Virus record (IMG/VR): IMGVR_UViG_3300020595_000062
Span: 1-45,647 of that record
DNA: 45,647 nt
Strand: one strand, 5' to 3'
Origin: a virus
Shown here piece by piece: positions 41,981 to 45,647 of the stretch. The notes under the pieces were generated by a model. It did not search any database and had not been told where the DNA came from. It worked only from the letters and a program-made list of their open reading frames with translations. Position numbers and translations under genes: made by a program. How positions within the stretch are numbered: position 1 is the first letter of the stretch; each line of letters begins with the position of its first letter.

Positions 41981-43128
41981 TATTCTTTACCTCCAGATTT
42001 CCATGCGTTTTGGCTGTCTTTCATCATCTTTTCACGAGCGATAATGTCAGCAGGGCGATTGTCGATTACTTTACCTTCTGAGTCAGTAACCTGAGTTACA
42101 AAGGCTTGGTCTAAATGATGTTGAGGATTAGCTGTAGCCGATTCAACTAACATATCGAATCGAGCTTCAATGTAATCTTCAGAAGCTGAATCTAATTGAA
42201 CATTAGAACAATTAGCCGCTACCACTTCTTTCATTAGAGTTTGCTTATCCTTGCCATCCACTACAATGTTAGGTTGGATCTTCTTAACCGAATCCACCAG
42301 TTTAGTTCTATCAGAAACCATCTGATCGATAACTTTAGCAGTAGGGACTTTAGAAACAGCATCATCTAACTTAGCTTTTAAAGAGTCTTCGGATTTCTTG
42401 GCTTCTTTTTCAGCCTCCTCCATTTCATCTTCTTTCTTCTTCAGTTCTTCGTCTTTCTTTTCGGCTTCATTTTCCGCATCAGTAAGTCGCGTCTGTACTT
42501 TATTAACAGCTTGAGCAGCTTGATCTGACACTTCGTAATCCACCCCATCAATTGTGATTTTAGCCATTTTGACTTCTCCACTTTCAGGTGAGTTATCGGC
42601 CACTCGACAGGAAGATCCTGCGCGACCACGTTTGACAATCGCAATGTGATTGCCCTTTATGTTCCTCTGGATTGCGTCGTACTGCTCGCCTTCCGGAGTA
42701 ACTCCTGGAGTCCAATCTATGTCGGCGGTATAGCCGTTGGACAATTCTACTTTACCCGACTCAATATTCTTAATAGCCTCTTCGTCAGTTATATTTAATA
42801 TAGCTGTTACGAAATCTCCGTCCCGAGTTATCTCAGGATCTGACATTCCTACTGAATATTGTTTTGAATTTGAAGGGTTGACCAATTCTGGAGGATGGTT
42901 ATCTGTAACTGGTTTTCTAGAAAAAGAAGCTAGTGAAATATCTGAAAACACTTCTTCAGGGGAACGATACACTCTCACCTTATCATTGTGTTCTTTACCA
43001 GGAGCATCTAATTCTATGGCTAGGTATTCCTGTATTCCAGTTCTAGATATTCTAGCTGGGACTTTCAAAAACCCTTCGTCAGTATATTCTCTCTGACTAG
43101 CTATTTGTAGTCTGTCTTTTAAAAGCAT
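41980..43128 (-). CDS. Scaffolding / prohead protease-like protein (DUF2213-like)
   Basis: N-terminal YTDEGFLKVPARISRTGIQEY, with a central charged coiled-coil (EAEKKDEELKKKEDEMEEAEKEAKK). The track start 43155 is TTG, so ATG 43128 is preferred. Confidence 0.7.
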   Translation of the reverse strand: MLLKDRLQIASQREYTDEGFLKVPARISRTGIQEYLAIELDAPGKEHNDKVRVYRSPEEVFSDISLASFSRKPVTDNHPPELVNPSNSKQYSVGMSDPEITRDGDFVTAILNITDEEAIKNIESGKVELSNGYTADIDWTPGVTPEGEQYDAIQRNIKGNHIAIVKRGRAGSSCRVADNSPESGEVKMAKITIDGVDYEVSDQAAQAVNKVQTRLTDAENEAEKKDEELKKKEDEMEEAEKEAKKSEDSLKAKLDDAVSKVPTAKVIDQMVSDRTKLVDSVKKIQPNIVVDGKDKQTLMKEVVAANCSNVQLDSASEDYIEARFDMLVESATANPQHHLDQAFVTQVTDSEGKVIDNRPADIIAREKMMKDSQNAWKSGGKE

Positions 43129-43194
43129 TAAAATAACCCTAACTATTTTTCTCAATCATAACTAATGTTTCGTATTTAGTAAAGTTATTTGGCG

Positions 43195-43515
43195 TTAATA
43201 GACCCATTGTTTCACAATTTTAATGTAGCTCAATGATTCTTTAGATTCCTCAGTTGTAGCATTGGATATCTGAGCACCCAACACGTATTCTCCTTCAGGT
43301 ATATTCAAATCTGAAGGGGTAAGATTTACTACGAATTTAGTATTAGATTCTATAGTATCGCTTATTAGTCGGTCTATAGAATTGACAACTTCCGAATCAG
43401 ATTTGGATCTCAACTGTATTCTCAGTTCGTAACCTGTTAGGTCTCTAGAATCAGCGAAAGAATAGTGTTTAGTATAGTTGCTCTCTTTAACAACATTCTT
43501 GAATTGTATCGTCAT
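43195..43515 (-). CDS. Hypothetical structural-module protein
   Basis: 106-aa ORF that looks beta-rich. Confidence 0.6.
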   Translation of the reverse strand: MTIQFKNVVKESNYTKHYSFADSRDLTGYELRIQLRSKSDSEVVNSIDRLISDTIESNTKFVVNLTPSDLNIPEGEYVLGAQISNATTEESKESLSYIKIVKQWVY

Positions 43516-43708
43516 CTGTCTTATCCTCTATTTTATATTCTTCGATAGTTTCTCCAATAGAAACGTCTATTATTTCTTCATCTATCTGTTCGGTTTTTAC
43601 ATCTATACTTATTATTTCTTCATCTGCTTCAGTGTCTATTATATCACCTTCTTCTGGTATCAATATTACAGAAGCTCCTCCGTATACATAAAACTCTAAT
43701 TTCCACAT
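43487..43708 (-). CDS. Highly acidic 73-aa protein
   Basis: Asp/Glu/Ile-rich (EEGDIIDTEADEEIISIDVKTEQIDEEIIDV). TAATG overlap with the 920-aa gene. Confidence 0.6.
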   Translation of the reverse strand: MWKLEFYVYGGASVILIPEEGDIIDTEADEEIISIDVKTEQIDEEIIDVSIGETIEEYKIEDKTDDDTIQECC

Positions 43709-45647
43709 TACGGTTCCTCTGTTAAGTCTAGACTATCGTTACCATCTCTTGTGACCGACTTTCTCAATAATACTTGAGAAGTACCTTTTAACAATTTAGT
43801 ATATGATTCAGGTCTAAATTGTTCGTCCCCTTCTAAAATGTCCCCTGTTCTAGTTGTCTGCTGAGTTAGCTCTAATGTTTCTGTTACTAGGCTTGCTATA
43901 GTGTCTGACAAAGTTATCAATTCTGAATTTATACCACCTACAAAACTGACATCCCCGTTACTCCCATCTACTGGAGTTTTTTGGGTATTTTCTATATGAC
44001 CTTGTACTCCTGAGTTAGAATAAGAAGAATTAGCTCTGCGTACTCTAATATTATCGCCTGTGAATAGAGCTAATCCCAATCCAGGTAAATCATCGTGCTT
44101 ACATACTGATTCTTGTTGATAGTGCCACGCCATGCCTATTTCGGTTACTAAAGCTCTTTCAAACTTATCAAATATCGCCTGAGGAGAAACTTGGATATCT
44201 TCTATGTCTATAATAGCTAACGGAGACAACAAATCGAACACAACAGAAACATCGTTACTATTTGTATCTGTATACATAGCTTGACCTCCTGCTCTAAAAT
44301 ATCTATTCAAAGAAACAGGTATTATAAGATTCGTATTAGTTGTTATTTCAAATGAACCTTTATTAGGAGAATATCCTTTTCTAGCTACTACATAAGCCCA
44401 CGTTTCCCCTTCATTGATACCATCTATTTCAAATGTCTCAGTGGTGGAAGATACCTGTTTGTAAAACTGAGTATCCCCTGCATCGTCCTGTATTCTAATG
44501 TAGTCCCCGATTGTCAAATTATTAAAGGTTATTAGCATCTCTCCTAAAGTACTAACTCTAAATGTAGGATCAAAAGTACATCCTATAACTATACCTTCTA
44601 TTCTGGTAGAGCTTATGCCGCCTTGGGTTTTTCTAACTCTATACTTAATTACTAATCCTTTGTCCGAATCATAACCTACTAATGCCGATAAAGAGGATTG
44701 TAAATTAAATTCATTCATTTCTAAAAACCCACCACTATAAGAACCACTAGCTGTTCTCATATCGTAAATTATGTGAAAGTGAGAAGTGTTAGATCCACCT
44801 ACAGAATAAGAATCTATAGATATAACCCCTCCTATAATATTAGTTTCTATTTCTATTTCTGTCACAGTGTCAGAAAGATGAAATCTAGTCATAGTGAATA
44901 AATAAGAACTACCTACTCCAGATACAAGAGAAGTCGCTGGGTCATTTTCATCGTAATAAGGCTGCAAACCTATATACCCTTGAGTACCCGTATTATTACT
45001 ACGAGTGGTTATTGATCTGGTATTTCTACCTATACTCGGAATATTACCTACCAAATACATAACTTCCCAATTCATATTAACTGACGCTTGATTACCACAA
45101 TCCGTTTCGTCAGGCATTATTATATTCTTAAGAGTAACTCTTAAATTGGAAAAGGTATTTATGTCCCTAGCTCCAGTGTCGGATATAGTACCGTTTATTA
45201 CCCAGTTCTCGCCAATGAAAGACGCTCCCTGAGCTACTTCCAATAATCTACCAGCTGAGAAATCTGAAGGTGTTTCCCAATTGGATAACTTCAAATTTAC
45301 TCCTGCTATATTACGGATAGGTCTTAATATTTCAGATTGAGATTCATCTCCGTAATGAACCAAGTTATTTATAGTCATATTAGAACATTCTAATGCAGCT
45401 AAGTATATACCGTACAAAACTACTTGGTTCCTGAGAGCTCTAGTGGAATAAGTCAATGTTCCTATAGTACCATTGCTTTTATCTCCGAAAGAAATAGAAA
45501 CGTCGTCACCAGACCATATAAACATTTCATCTATTGTTGATTCGCTTAGATTCAGCCTAACTCTAGAGAAACTGCTATTTCTAGGACTCCTAAACATGGC
45601 TGTTAATTTAGTGACAGTGTACGGCCTATTCTGATCAGTTAATACTT
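43708..45647 (-). CDS. C-terminal part of the 920-aa junction-spanning protein
   Basis: The frame stays open to the window edge, upstream of the ATG at 45597 chosen by the track (...VLTDQNRPYTVTKLTAMFRSPRN). It continues from 950..128 after removing the overlap. Confidence 0.85.
   Translation of the reverse strand, partial: VLTDQNRPYTVTKLTAMFRSPRNSSFSRVRLNLSESTIDEMFIWSGDDVSISFGDKSNGTIGTLTYSTRALRNQVVLYGIYLAALECSNMTINNLVHYGDESQSEILRPIRNIAGVNLKLSNWETPSDFSAGRLLEVAQGASFIGENWVINGTISDTGARDINTFSNLRVTLKNIIMPDETDCGNQASVNMNWEVMYLVGNIPSIGRNTRSITTRSNNTGTQGYIGLQPYYDENDPATSLVSGVGSSYLFTMTRFHLSDTVTEIEIETNIIGGVISIDSYSVGGSNTSHFHIIYDMRTASGSYSGGFLEMNEFNLQSSLSALVGYDSDKGLVIKYRVRKTQGGISSTRIEGIVIGCTFDPTFRVSTLGEMLITFNNLTIGDYIRIQDDAGDTQFYKQVSSTTETFEIDGINEGETWAYVVARKGYSPNKGSFEITTNTNLIIPVSLNRYFRAGGQAMYTDTNSNDVSVVFDLLSPLAIIDIEDIQVSPQAIFDKFERALVTEIGMAWHYQQESVCKHDDLPGLGLALFTGDNIRVRRANSSYSNSGVQGHIENTQKTPVDGSNGDVSFVGGINSELITLSDTIASLVTETLELTQQTTRTGDILEGDEQFRPESYTKLLKGTSQVLLRKSVTRDGNDSLDLTEEP
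45521..45647. repeat. Second copy of the 127-nt terminal overlap
   Basis: Identical to 1-127. Confidence 0.95.

Noticed and set aside
43134-43140. TAACCCT upstream of the scaffold ATG as another iteron or operator copy
   Set aside because: On the coding strand it reads AGGGTTA 6 nt from the ATG, which is adequately explained as the Shine-Dalgarno element. It is a single half-site only.
28258-43699. Plus-strand ORFs scattered through the structural arm (28258..28467, 29038..29223, 29198..29410, 29441..29671, 32169..32492, 33969..34154, 34173..34595, 35088..35318, 35566..35910, 36990..37211, 38119..38454, 42737..43096, 43478..43699)
   Set aside because: All are antisense to well-supported structural genes that are translationally coupled on the minus strand. 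There is no independent evidence for any of them.

Overview
The window is one complete, circularly closed genome of an AT-rich tailed dsDNA phage with a contractile tail. Bases 1-127 are identical to 45521-45647, so the unique unit is 45,520 nt, and one 920-codon ORF runs across the junction. There are two divergent transcription arms starting at 11953-12148. The plus arm (12149-26095) carries replication and nucleotide metabolism: an acidic early protein, DUF2786-like protein, PD-(D/E)XK nuclease, DUF2815-type SSB, two paralogous Lys-rich proteins, GT-B glycosyltransferase, aGPT-Pplase-like protein, ThyA-family enzyme, HD phosphohydrolase, DUF3310-like protein, dCTP deaminase, family-B-like DNA polymerase, VRR-NUC nuclease and SNF2 helicase. 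The minus arm (11952 down through the junction to 26078) carries an HTH regulator, PrimPol/SF3 primase-helicase, an iteron array, DEDD exonuclease, small genes, ATP-dependent ligase, TerS, a frame-split TerL, portal, MuF-like protein, the 920-aa protein, scaffold, decoration and major capsid proteins, connectors, sheath, tube, chaperone, tape measure, baseplate, fibre and a non-canonical lysis cassette. No tRNA, CRISPR array, integrase or transposase was seen. The best candidate for a new system is the translationally coupled block 17400-21957, which looks like a thymidine-hypermodification pathway with a glycosyltransferase but no recognisable DNA kinase. Other points worth a second look are the candidate origin, the split terminase, a phased 27-nt leader motif, several long RNA hairpins including a mutually exclusive pair, and a chaperone -1 frameshift. 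All functional calls come from motif recognition by eye; no database search was run. Several N-termini in the ORF track use TTG/GTG starts and were re-set to ATG or SD-supported starts.
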